Assembly (NCBI GenBank): GCA_963748625.1
Contig: CAVVJT010000010.1
Span: forward strand, 608,001-672,000
Source of the DNA: an uncultured Chloroflexia bacterium
GTDB lineage: Bacteria > Chloroflexota > Limnocylindria > Limnocylindrales > CSP1-4
DNA: 64,000 nt
Direction of reading: 5' to 3'
Positions within the stretch are counted from its first letter, which is position 1; each line of letters begins with the position of its first letter. The notes under the pieces are model-generated. The model was not told the origin of the DNA. It saw only the letters and a program-made list of their open reading frames with translations, and did not search any database. Below, one piece after another: positions 9,498 through 18,007 of this stretch. A program made the position numbers and the translations under genes.

Positions 9498-10409
9498 TCA
9501 GAGCATCGCGGGGATGTCGCCCAGCGCCTCGGCGAGGACGAGCCACTCCCCTACCGCGAGCGTCTGCGGGCGCCGGTCACGGGCGATCCCGGCCGCCTCG
9601 AGCGCTGCGTCCACGCGGGCGGGCTCCACGGGCAGCTGGCGGGTGAGCACGTTGTGGAGCATCTTGCGGCGTTCGCGGAAGCCTGCCTGGACGATCCGCC
9701 ACAGGTGATCCTCCGCCGCGGCGTCAAGGCGGTCGTCTGCAGGGTACGGCTCCAGCACCAGCACCGCGGACTCCACCTTGGGCGCGGGCTCGAAGGCCTC
9801 CCTGGGCACCCGGAAGGCGACCCGCGCCTTCGCATGGTACTGGCAGAACACCGACAGGTAGCTCATCTCGCCGGGGGGCGCCGCCACCCGCTCGGCGACC
9901 TCGCGCTGGACCATGAGCACGAGCCGCTCGGGCCGTGGCGCCTGGCCCAGGAGCCGGTGCAGGGTCGGGCTGGTGATGTGGTAGGGCAGGTTGGCGACCA
10001 CGTCGTAGGGCTCGGAGACCAGGTGCACGAGGTCCTCGTCGAGGGCGTCGCCTTCGACCAGCCGGAAGCTGCCTGCCGCCAACTCGTCGGGGAATGCGTC
10101 GCGCAGGACCGCCACGAGCCCCCGGTCCAGCTCCACGGCGGTCACGTGCGCCCCTGCCGCGAGCAGGCCACCGGTCAGGAACCCGAGGCCCGGTCCGATC
10201 TCGAGCACGCCCCGCCCGGGCGCAGGATCGGCCTCGCGCAGGATCCCCTCGAGGACGTCGACATCGGTGAGGAAGTTCTGCGAGAGGTTGTGGCGTGCCC
10301 GCAGGCCCTCCTCCTTGAGGCGGCGCTGGACATAGCGCGGATCCATGCGCAGGTCGCCCGCGCGCCGCCCGCCCGTGCCCGGCTCGCCCGTGCGCTGCCC
10401 GGTCGTCAT
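9498..10409 (-). CDS. rsmA: 16S rRNA m6,2A1518/A1519 dimethyltransferase
   Basis: LSQNFL, LEIGPGLG, VANLPYHIT, LMVQREVAER, PAPKVES. The start ATG 10409 overlaps the tsaD stop (ATGA). Confidence 0.95.
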   Translation of the reverse strand: MTTGQRTGEPGTGGRRAGDLRMDPRYVQRRLKEEGLRARHNLSQNFLTDVDVLEGILREADPAPGRGVLEIGPGLGFLTGGLLAAGAHVTAVELDRGLVAVLRDAFPDELAAGSFRLVEGDALDEDLVHLVSEPYDVVANLPYHITSPTLHRLLGQAPRPERLVLMVQREVAERVAAPPGEMSYLSVFCQYHAKARVAFRVPREAFEPAPKVESAVLVLEPYPADDRLDAAAEDHLWRIVQAGFRERRKMLHNVLTRQLPVEPARVDAALEAAGIARDRRPQTLAVGEWLVLAEALGDIPAML

Positions 10410-11470
10410 CGGGCGAGCGGCAGCGACGGCCGCGCGTCGAGGTCCAGCCCGGCGGTCACGCCGGCCGCCAGGCGGCGTCCACCGGCCGCCCCGATCATCG
10501 CGCCGTTGTCGGTGCACAGGCCAGGGCGTGGGATGACCATCCCGATGCCGCGTGCCTCCGCCTCGCCCACGATCCGTTCGCGCAGGGCCTGGTTGGCGGC
10601 CACGCCGCCACCGAGGACGATGCCGCGGGCACCCGTGGCCTGCGCGGCCCGCAGGGTCTTCTTCGCGAGCACGTCCACCACCGAATCCTGGAAGCCCCAG
10701 GCGAGCTCCGCGATGGCCGCGTCGGACAGCGAGCCATCGCGCTCGTCGGCGGGCAGCCCCTCGTCGGCGCGAGCCTGGGCGATGATCCGGCGGGCGGCGG
10801 TCTTGAGGCCGGAGAAGGAGAGATCGTAGGAGTCGCCCAGCCAGGCCCTCGGGAAGACGCGGTTCCGTTCGACGGCCCGCTCGGCGGCCTTCGAGATGGC
10901 GGGCCCACCGGGGTAGCCGAGGCCCAGGAGCCGGCCGACCTTGTCGAACGCCTCTCCCGCGGCATCATCCATGGTGGTGCCCAGGAGGCGGTACGTCAGG
11001 TGGTCCCGCATCTCCACGAGGAAGGTGTGGCCGCCGGAGACGACCAGCGCGACCAGTGGGAACAGGGGCTCCTCGCGCTCGGCCTCCCCTGGGTCGAGCA
11101 GCCAGCCCGCGTAGACATGGCCCTCGAGATGGTTGACCGGGACGAGCGGCTTGCCGTGCGCCCAGGCGAGCGTCTTGGCGAAGTTGATGCCCACCAGCAG
11201 CGAGCCCGCGAGGCCCGGGCCATAGGTGACCGCAACCCCGTCCACGTCGGCCATGGTGACGCCTGCGGTGGCGAGCGCCTCGTCGGTGACCGGCACGATC
11301 CAGCGCAGGTGGGCGCGCGCGGCAACCTCCGGGACGATGCCCCCGGTTGGCGCATGCAGGGCGACCTGGCTCGCGACCACGTTCGCGAGAATCCGCCGGC
11401 CGTCCTCCACCAGCGCAACCCCGGTCTCGTCGCAGGAGCTCTCGATCGCCAGCAGCAGCGGGCCGCTCAT
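10406..11470 (-). CDS. tsaD: tRNA t6A threonylcarbamoyltransferase
   Basis: IESSCDET, GGIVPEVAARAH, NHLEGH, SGGHT, DDAAGEAFDK, SFSGLKT, CTDNGAMI. Confidence 0.98.
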   Translation of the reverse strand: MSGPLLLAIESSCDETGVALVEDGRRILANVVASQVALHAPTGGIVPEVAARAHLRWIVPVTDEALATAGVTMADVDGVAVTYGPGLAGSLLVGINFAKTLAWAHGKPLVPVNHLEGHVYAGWLLDPGEAEREEPLFPLVALVVSGGHTFLVEMRDHLTYRLLGTTMDDAAGEAFDKVGRLLGLGYPGGPAISKAAERAVERNRVFPRAWLGDSYDLSFSGLKTAARRIIAQARADEGLPADERDGSLSDAAIAELAWGFQDSVVDVLAKKTLRAAQATGARGIVLGGGVAANQALRERIVGEAEARGIGMVIPRPGLCTDNGAMIGAAGGRRLAAGVTAGLDLDARPSLPLAR

Positions 11471-12039
11471 TCGCCGGCGTCCTTGTAGGCGACAGGGTTC
11501 GGATCGGGTGCGGCGTCAGGTGCCGGCGAGGCGTCGAGCTCCGCGCGGAGGCGGGCGACCCGCTCGCGCATGACGGGCAGCTCGAGCGGCTCGGTGGTCA
11601 TGATCAGGGCGTCTTCCTGGTTGTCGCTGTAGTAGCGGGGACGGATGCCCACCGGTCGGAACCCGTACTTCTCGTACAACCGGCGGGCCGGGAGGTTGGA
11701 CAGGCGGACCTCGAGCGTGGCCTCCCGCGCGCGGCGGTCAAGCGCGAGGTCGAGCAGGGCGAGCAGCAGCCGCTCGCCGAGGCGCCGGCGGCGGAAGCTC
11801 GGGTGCACGGCAAACGTGGTCACGTGCGCCTCGTCCACCATCAGCCAGATGCCGCCATAGGCCACGATCCGATCCCCGAGGATGGCCACGAGATACTGGG
11901 CCAGCCGGTTCGCCTCCAGCTCCTGGCGATAGGCGTGGGCGGGCCAGGGGGTGGTGAACGACGCCCGCTCGATGAGCTGGACATCGGGCAGGTCGGCCAC
12001 GGTCATCGGCCGGATGAGGAGCACCGGTGCCTGGATCAC
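11467..12039 (-). CDS. rimI: Ribosomal protein S18 alanine N-acetyltransferase
   Basis: IERASFTTPW, EAHVTTFAV, TLEVRLSN, YYSDNQEDALIM; lies between tsaB and tsaD. Confidence 0.93.
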   Translation of the reverse strand: MIQAPVLLIRPMTVADLPDVQLIERASFTTPWPAHAYRQELEANRLAQYLVAILGDRIVAYGGIWLMVDEAHVTTFAVHPSFRRRRLGERLLLALLDLALDRRAREATLEVRLSNLPARRLYEKYGFRPVGIRPRYYSDNQEDALIMTTEPLELPVMRERVARLRAELDASPAPDAAPDPNPVAYKDAGE

Positions 12040-12725
12040 GACCCACGCCCCCCGCTGAGCTCCACGCCATCGTCGGGAAGTGCGCGCAGGACGCCTCGGG
12101 GCAGCGTCACGTACTCCGGCACGAGCCGCGCAAGGTCATCGCCGCCGGCCGCGAGCCTCGGCGCTCCCTCTGCAAGCAGGGCCGCCGCAAGCCCGCCGTG
12201 GGCGGCCGCACCCAGTGCCACCGCGGGTGCCGGCGCCCTGCCGTCGAGATCCACCGCGACCAGGGTGGCCCCGTCGAGGGCCGGCTCCTCGCCGCCGGGC
12301 AGGATCACCGGGTCGACTCCCTCCCTGGTGACGACACGATCGGACAGGCCGGCGGGCTGGAGCAGCACGAGCGCGGCCATGTCACCGGCTCCGGCCGCGG
12401 ATGCCGCGCGCAGGAGGGCACCCCCGGTCACGACGCCGGCGATGGGCAGCCCGAACGCGTGGGCGATCCCCTTGGCGGTGGCCAGGCCGACCCGGAGGCC
12501 GGTGAAGGCACCCGGGCCGGTGCCCACCACGATGCCGCCCAGGTCGGTGCGGGCGATGCCGTTGTCGGCCAGGAGGGCCTCGATGCGCGCGAGGAGCTCC
12601 TCGCCATGACGGTAGCCCGCCACCCACGTCCGCGCCTCGAGCAGCGAGCCGTCGGCGGAGCCGAGCGCGATGACCGCGTGGGTGGTGGCCGTGTCGAGCG
12701 CGAGAATCGGACCGCCCGCGCTCAT
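12036..12725 (-). CDS. tsaB: t6A complex subunit TsaB
   Basis: ILALDTAT, HGEELL, GTGPGAFTGLRVG. The start ATG 12725 overlaps the tsaE stop. Confidence 0.93.
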   Translation of the reverse strand: MSAGGPILALDTATTHAVIALGSADGSLLEARTWVAGYRHGEELLARIEALLADNGIARTDLGGIVVGTGPGAFTGLRVGLATAKGIAHAFGLPIAGVVTGGALLRAASAAGAGDMAALVLLQPAGLSDRVVTREGVDPVILPGGEEPALDGATLVAVDLDGRAPAPAVALGAAAHGGLAAALLAEGAPRLAAGGDDLARLVPEYVTLPRGVLRALPDDGVELSGGRGS

Positions 12726-13195
12726 GCGACAGCCTCCAGATAGCGCGCGTAGGCGGGATCGCCGGTCCGCAACGTGATCCGGCGCGGCTCGTCCCCGGTC
12801 CCGTCGAGCACGATATCGAGACGCCCCACCGGAAGTGCTCGCCCCAGCCGCTCCGCCCACTCCACGAGCGCCACGCCCTCGAGCTGCCGCTCATCGAGCA
12901 GTCCGCCCGCCAGCGCGTCCGCGGCGTCGTCCAGGCGGTAGAGGTCGAGGTGGAACAACGGCAGCCGGCCCGCATACTCGCTCATCAGCACGAACGTGGG
13001 CGAGGTCACGATGTCGGTGATCCCGAGACCCACGGCGAAGCCCTTCGCGAGCTGGGTCTTGCCCGCGCCGAGGTCTCCCACGAGGCAGACCAGGTCGCCG
13101 GCCCGGGCGACAGTCGCCAGGCGCGCGCCCAGGGCGCGGGTCGCCTCGGCATCGCTGGTGGACAGCACGGTCTGGACGGGAACGGTCACGGACAT
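12722..13195 (-). CDS. tsaE: t6A complex ATPase TsaE
   Basis: GDLGAGKT, VTSPTF, HLDLYRL, LVEWAER. Confidence 0.97.
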   Translation of the reverse strand: MSVTVPVQTVLSTSDAEATRALGARLATVARAGDLVCLVGDLGAGKTQLAKGFAVGLGITDIVTSPTFVLMSEYAGRLPLFHLDLYRLDDAADALAGGLLDERQLEGVALVEWAERLGRALPVGRLDIVLDGTGDEPRRITLRTGDPAYARYLEAVA

Positions 13196-13204
13196 CTCGG
13201 GTGG

Positions 13205-13210
13205 AGGATA
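13205..13210 (-). promoter_or_regulatory. Putative -10 element for a near-leaderless tsaE transcript
   Basis: TATCCT 9 nt upstream of the tsaE ATG, with no SD. Confidence 0.4.
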
Positions 13211-13267
13211 CCGCCCGCGGTCATCACGTCCGGGCTGGGCCGGTGGAGGCGCGACGAACCGGCGGTG

Positions 13268-14281
13268 TCAGGCGAAGCGCTCGAGATCCCCGAGGGGGAC
13301 GTCAAGCGGCGGCTCGCCGTCGATCTCCACCCAGGCCGCCTCCAGGATGACCCCGGCTGCGAAGCGGCGCGGTCCCGCAAGCCCAATGGCGCGGCCCTCG
13401 ACCCCGGCGTTGGGGCCACTCCGGATGTGCACCCGGTCGGGCTCGCCCATCGGCAGCTCCAGGTCGTCGGCGTCGAAGACAAGGGCCGGCGGATCCACGA
13501 GCAGGGCCACGTCGCGTCCGGCCAGCCGCTCGAGCAGGGCCATCACGGGGCTGGGAATGGGGCGTCGCAGGGCACCCTCGAGGGCGAGCACCCCGAAGGG
13601 CGGCGTGGGGTGCAGGGCGGCACGCTGGCGCTTCTCCGACGCCTGGAAGTCACGCAGCTCCTTGCCGGGCAACGAGGCCACCACGATGCCGCGCACGCCC
13701 ATCGCCCGGGCGCGGGTGAGCGCCTCGGCGTCGATGCGTGAGCCCACGACCAGGATGCTGCCCGCACGGCCGACGTCGATGCCACCCGGCCGCAGCTCGC
13801 CGAACGGGTCCGTGGCCAGCTCGAGCCGCCCGTGCGCGGCCGAGCCCGCAGCGAGGGCGCCCCGTAGCGCCAGGCCCGTCGCCCGGAGGCGGATCTCGGC
13901 GCCCGGCTGGACCTCGGTCACGATCCCGCGCATTGGCGACGGGATCCGGTCGCGGTGCTCGCCCGTCACCAGCCGCCAGCGCTCCTTCTTGCCGGGCACC
14001 GGCGTGAGCAGCTCCCCCTCCAGGTCGGCGTGGCGGCGGCGACGCGGCACAGGCGCCCAACGCGTGCCCGGCACGCGCGTGGTGCCGTCGGCACCGGTTC
14101 GCGCGTCCACCTCCACGATGTGCCGGTCGCGCACATGCTCGATCAGGGGCTCCCCGGCTTCGACCGTGGAGCCGGCCTCGACCAGGGGCCGGTCGCCGGG
14201 CGGCAGCGGGAAGCGGGCCTCAAGGTCCGGATCGACCAGGCGCCGCACCGGGACCTCGTCGAGCCAGGTCGTGTCGCTCAC
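13268..14281 (-). CDS. Uncharacterised protein: N-terminal barrel-sandwich-hybrid (biotinyl/lipoyl-like) domain, central alpha/beta domain, C-terminal KOW/SH3-like domain
   Basis: PLVEAGSTVEAGEPL and IPSPMRGIVTEV (hybrid-motif halves); GSILVVG-ARAMGVRGIVV; DRVHIRSGPNAGVEG (KOW-like). The start GTG 14281 overlaps the upstream stop (GTGA). Confidence 0.7.
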   Translation of the reverse strand: MSDTTWLDEVPVRRLVDPDLEARFPLPPGDRPLVEAGSTVEAGEPLIEHVRDRHIVEVDARTGADGTTRVPGTRWAPVPRRRRHADLEGELLTPVPGKKERWRLVTGEHRDRIPSPMRGIVTEVQPGAEIRLRATGLALRGALAAGSAAHGRLELATDPFGELRPGGIDVGRAGSILVVGSRIDAEALTRARAMGVRGIVVASLPGKELRDFQASEKRQRAALHPTPPFGVLALEGALRRPIPSPVMALLERLAGRDVALLVDPPALVFDADDLELPMGEPDRVHIRSGPNAGVEGRAIGLAGPRRFAAGVILEAAWVEIDGEPPLDVPLGDLERFA

Positions 14282-15894
14282 CCCGTCACCCCGCTCCACA
14301 GGGCGGCCTGCCATTCCGCAAGTACCTCCCGGCGACGTTCAGGGCGGTCGGGCAGGTGCATCGGGATGTCGCGCAGGTCCACGAGCAGGCCTGCGACCCC
14401 GCCTGTCACATCGGCCACGGCGTGGCGCGTGCGGACGCCGAGGTCCACCGCGACGCGCAGGCGAAGCTCCACCCGGGCCTGCTCGCCGGGCGGCAGGTCC
14501 ACGAGCTCCATGCCGCCGGGCTGGAGGTCGAGCTCGGCTGTGGCCTGGCTGCCATCGACCCGACGCACCTGCAGCGTGCCCGCGGAGCGGCCGGGCCGCA
14601 GCCCGGCGGGCATCAGCACGCTGCCCAGCGGCACCAGGAGCTCGTCGCGCAGGTCGCGGACGATCCGGAGGCGCTCGTCGGGGTCCTCGATTCGTCCCAG
14701 TGGCCCGAGCAGGCGCGCATGGTCGAGGCCGAGCGCACGGATGCCGGGGCGCCGGACCACGTTGGCCAGGGCCAGCGCGACCGCCGGACCCGGGGCGACC
14801 TGCCACGCGCCACCCGCGGCGATCACCAGGTCCGGGGCCGGCTGGGCGGCGATCACGGGTGTCGCCTCGAGAAGACGCTCGACGGCGGCATGCGCGGCGG
14901 CCAGCCGGAGGAGCGCCCCGTCACCGGCCGCATCGCCCCATGGGACGAGCGACATCTCCCGCAGGCGGTCGCGCAGCCGCAGGCGGTCCAGCGGGACGGT
15001 GAGCCAGCGCTCCACGGCATCAAGGTGGGTGTCGGTGAAGGCGGCGGGAAGCAGTGCCCCGGCGGGCGCATGCGCGGTCGTCACGACCGAGCGCCGGCCG
15101 ACGATCCACGAGGCCGCGGCACGGAGTCCGGCGGACTGGCCGATCTCGATGACCTCCACCCGCCGCTCAAGCGCCTCCGCGAGGGTTCCCGTGGTGGCCG
15201 CGATCGCCCGCCGGCCGTCGTCGTCACCGCCACGCAGCCCGTCAAGGAGCGCACGCAGTGGCTCGCCGCCCCCAGTGGCTGCCCCCGGGGCAAGGACCGT
15301 GGAGCCCGGACGATCCGGGCGGAACAAGGCCTCCACCTTGCCGCCGGGCTCCGCGAGACCACCGGCCAGGACGGCCACGAGCGAGGGGCGACGCTCGCCG
15401 GCGGCGGCGATCAGCGTGGCGAGGTGTGCCATGAGCGGGCGCTCGTCGCCGCCCGGGGGGTCGGAGGCGCCCGCGAGCACCACGGACACCCGTGGATCGG
15501 CGAGTGCCGAGGCGACCTCGAGGATGTCCGCGCCATCGAGCACGAGACGCCGGACGCGCCAGCCGGCGCTCGCAGCGGCGTCGGCAAGCGGAGCGAGCAC
15601 GCGCTCGGTGGCGGCAACGACCGCCATCTCCGGCGGCCGGACCGTGGAGCAGGCCAGGACGGGAACGTCCTCGAGGGACGAAGGATCCGCGAGGGCCAGG
15701 TGGGCGGCAAGGTCGGCATCGGAGGCGGTCAACCGGGCCCGGACACGTTCGGCGACGACGGCCGGGGGGACGGCGGCCGGCGCGGACCCGGATCCGACCA
15801 GGCGCCAGCGGTTGGCGACCCTGCCCAGGATGGCGACGGCCGTGGTCGCGGTCCCACGATCGACCGTGACGAAGACGCGCCGCTCGATGCTCAC
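14278..15894 (-). CDS. GlmL/MutL (glutamate mutase L)-like actin-fold (ASKHA) protein, divergent
   Basis: N-terminal VTVDRGTATT (phosphate-1), VLACST, VVLAGASD, VIEIGQSAG (degenerate phosphate-2), DLVIAAGG, C-terminal GGVAGLLVDLRDIP. Confidence 0.65.
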   Translation of the reverse strand: MSIERRVFVTVDRGTATTAVAILGRVANRWRLVGSGSAPAAVPPAVVAERVRARLTASDADLAAHLALADPSSLEDVPVLACSTVRPPEMAVVAATERVLAPLADAAASAGWRVRRLVLDGADILEVASALADPRVSVVLAGASDPPGGDERPLMAHLATLIAAAGERRPSLVAVLAGGLAEPGGKVEALFRPDRPGSTVLAPGAATGGGEPLRALLDGLRGGDDDGRRAIAATTGTLAEALERRVEVIEIGQSAGLRAAASWIVGRRSVVTTAHAPAGALLPAAFTDTHLDAVERWLTVPLDRLRLRDRLREMSLVPWGDAAGDGALLRLAAAHAAVERLLEATPVIAAQPAPDLVIAAGGAWQVAPGPAVALALANVVRRPGIRALGLDHARLLGPLGRIEDPDERLRIVRDLRDELLVPLGSVLMPAGLRPGRSAGTLQVRRVDGSQATAELDLQPGGMELVDLPPGEQARVELRLRVAVDLGVRTRHAVADVTGGVAGLLVDLRDIPMHLPDRPERRREVLAEWQAALWSGVTG

Positions 15895-15901
15895 GCGGCC
15901 G

Positions 15902-15910
15902 ATGCTACCA
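15902..15910 (-). promoter_or_regulatory. Extended -10 promoter giving a leaderless mRNA for the GlmL-like gene
   Basis: Minus strand TGgTAGCAT, then exactly 7 nt, then GTG 15894; no SD. Confidence 0.55.
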
Positions 15911-15921
15911 GCGCCGCCGGG

Positions 15922-16212
15922 TCAGGCGTCCCAGCCGTCGACCTCATCGAGCTCCTCGAGCCGGTCGATGAGCGCCTCGATGCCGATGTCGTCGCGCAGG
16001 ATCTCCGTGGCCGATGGCGACTCGCCACCGAAGAGTCCGCACAGGACGGGATCGAAGAACAGCATGGCGGGGGCGCCGAGCGGCCGGTACGGCCGGCTCG
16101 CCTCGAGGAAGTGGACGGCGGGACCGGTCAGACCCTTGAGCCGGATCTCCCGGGCCACCTGCTCCACCAGGGCTTCGCGGCGCTCGTCGAGCAGCTCCAT
16201 GGGAAAGCTCAT
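15922..16212 (-). CDS. Small helical hypothetical protein (96 aa)
   Basis: Good codon bias; ATGA overlap with the macrodomain stop; core AVHFLEASRPYRPLG. Confidence 0.8.
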   Translation of the reverse strand: MSFPMELLDERREALVEQVAREIRLKGLTGPAVHFLEASRPYRPLGAPAMLFFDPVLCGLFGGESPSATEILRDDIGIEALIDRLEELDEVDGWDA

Positions 16213-16757
16213 GAATGGGCTTCCGGCGAGATCAGGGAGCGGGATGCCACGGGCTCCGACGCCTCAAAGGCGGCCTCGAAGGCCGTGTACGCAGCTGCAC
16301 CGCGCAGCGCGAGGACGACATGCTCCAGGGAGGACGGTGTCTCGAGCTCGTCGCGCACGGTGTCCACCACGACCCGAGCCGCCTCATCGAGCGGGAAGCC
16401 GCCGATGCCGGTCCCCAGGGCCGGGATCGCGATGCTGCCGAGCTGGAGCTCACGGGCCCGGGCCATCGTCGCCCGAACCGCAGCCTCGATGGCTGGGCCG
16501 CTCGTGCGCCGGTCGCGTTCGAGGGAGACGGCGTGGATCACGACCTTCGCCGCGAGGCGCCCGGCCGGCGTCACGATGGCATCGCCGATGGCCGCCGGTC
16601 CCTGGTGCACGGCAGCGAACTCGATGGCGTCGCCGCCCGCGCGCTTGACCTCGCCGGCGATCCCGGCCGACATCCAGAGCGACGTGGCAGCAGGAACGAC
16701 GATCGCGTCCACCTCGAGGTGGCAGATGTCGCCGTTCCAGAGCTCGATGCGCGCCAA
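16209..16757 (-). CDS. Macro domain (ADP-ribose-binding) protein with a non-canonical catalytic loop
   Basis: GDICHLEVDAIV, GDAIVTPAGRLAAKVVIHAV, SIAIPALGTGIGGFP; TTG start. Confidence 0.92.
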   Translation of the reverse strand: MARIELWNGDICHLEVDAIVVPAATSLWMSAGIAGEVKRAGGDAIEFAAVHQGPAAIGDAIVTPAGRLAAKVVIHAVSLERDRRTSGPAIEAAVRATMARARELQLGSIAIPALGTGIGGFPLDEAARVVVDTVRDELETPSSLEHVVLALRGAAAYTAFEAAFEASEPVASRSLISPEAHS

Positions 16758-16762
16758 CGTCC

Positions 16763-18007
16763 CTACCCCGTGAGCGTCCGCAGGCCTGCCACGGAACCGG
16801 CGGCATGGTACACCCGTGCAACGCGCCTCGACATCCCGGTCACGACCTCGTAGCTGATCGTTCCACCTGCCGCAGCGAGCTCGTAGGCGGAGATCCGCTC
16901 GCCATCCTGCTCCCCGATCAGCACGAACTCGTCGTCCTCGCTGACGGGCGCTCCGGGCACGTCCGTGACGTCCGCCATGACGGCGTCCATGGACACCCGG
17001 CCCACCAGGGGGACGCGGTTGCCGCGGACAAGGGCGGAGGCCCGACCCGTGAGAATCCGGTGCCAGCCGTCACCGTACCCGAGCGCGAGGGTGGCGATGC
17101 GGGACACCCGGCTGGCGAAGAAGACGGGGCCGTAGCCCACGCCGTGGCCCGCAGGCAGGTCCAGGACCCGGACCGGGCGGGCGTGGAGCGACAGGACCGG
17201 GCGCAGCGCCGCGGCATCGGCGGCGGTATGCGCGGCGGGAGCGAGGCCATCCGGCACGAGGCCGTAGATCGCGATGCCCGGCCGGACCGCGTCCCAGCGC
17301 TTGGCAACCCCTGCCAGGAGTCCGCCGCTGCCCGCGAGGTGCCGGCGCGGGAAGCCGGCGCCAGTGCCCAGCTCCCAAGCAGCGCCGAGCCGGTCGAGCG
17401 CATCGGCGAAGCGGCCATCCTGGCCCAGCGTGTACACGGCATCGTCGGCGGCGGCGAGATGCGTCCAGATGCCCACCAGGCGCACGCCGGGCGCCCGGGT
17501 CACCCGCTCCACCAGCCCTGCCGCATCCGCCGGCAGCACGCCGCCCCGTCCCAGGCCGGTATCGACCTCCACATGGACATCGAGCGCCGGGCCACCGTCC
17601 GCCGCATTGGCCTCCGCGGCGGCGAGGATCCGATCGCCGTTGTGCCCCGGTCCGAGTGACGTGGCGATTCCGGCGGCGGCAGCTTCCGCCACGTGCGCAG
17701 CCGGAATCGGGTACAGGACCATGAGGGGCCCCTTGAGCCCGGCGGCGCGCAGCTCGTATGCCTCGTCGAGCGTGGCCACGGAGAAGCCATCGGCACCCGC
17801 CGCCTCGAGTGCGAGCGCGCACGGGACGGCGCCATGCCCGTACGCATCCGCCTTCACAACCGGCTCGATCCGCACGCCCTCGCCGGCCGCGGAACGCAGC
17901 GCCGCGAGGTTGCCGGCGAGCGCATCGAGGTCGATCTCGATCCAGGTGGGCCGGGCGAGCGGAGGGAATCCGGCGGCAGCCAGGCGAACCTCGATGGGGA
18001 CGGTCAC
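16763..18007 (-). CDS. alr: Alanine racemase
   Basis: VVKADAYGHG (PLP Lys), VDTG, VRPG, VGYG (catalytic Tyr), GYGDG, GRVSMD, TISYE. Confidence 0.95.
   Translation of the reverse strand: MTVPIEVRLAAAGFPPLARPTWIEIDLDALAGNLAALRSAAGEGVRIEPVVKADAYGHGAVPCALALEAAGADGFSVATLDEAYELRAAGLKGPLMVLYPIPAAHVAEAAAAGIATSLGPGHNGDRILAAAEANAADGGPALDVHVEVDTGLGRGGVLPADAAGLVERVTRAPGVRLVGIWTHLAAADDAVYTLGQDGRFADALDRLGAAWELGTGAGFPRRHLAGSGGLLAGVAKRWDAVRPGIAIYGLVPDGLAPAAHTAADAAALRPVLSLHARPVRVLDLPAGHGVGYGPVFFASRVSRIATLALGYGDGWHRILTGRASALVRGNRVPLVGRVSMDAVMADVTDVPGAPVSEDDEFVLIGEQDGERISAYELAAAGGTISYEVVTGMSRRVARVYHAAGSVAGLRTLTG

Noticed and set aside
14278-15894. DNA mismatch-repair MutL
   Set aside because: Name clash only; there are no GHKL ATPase motifs and the pattern is actin-like (glutamate mutase L).
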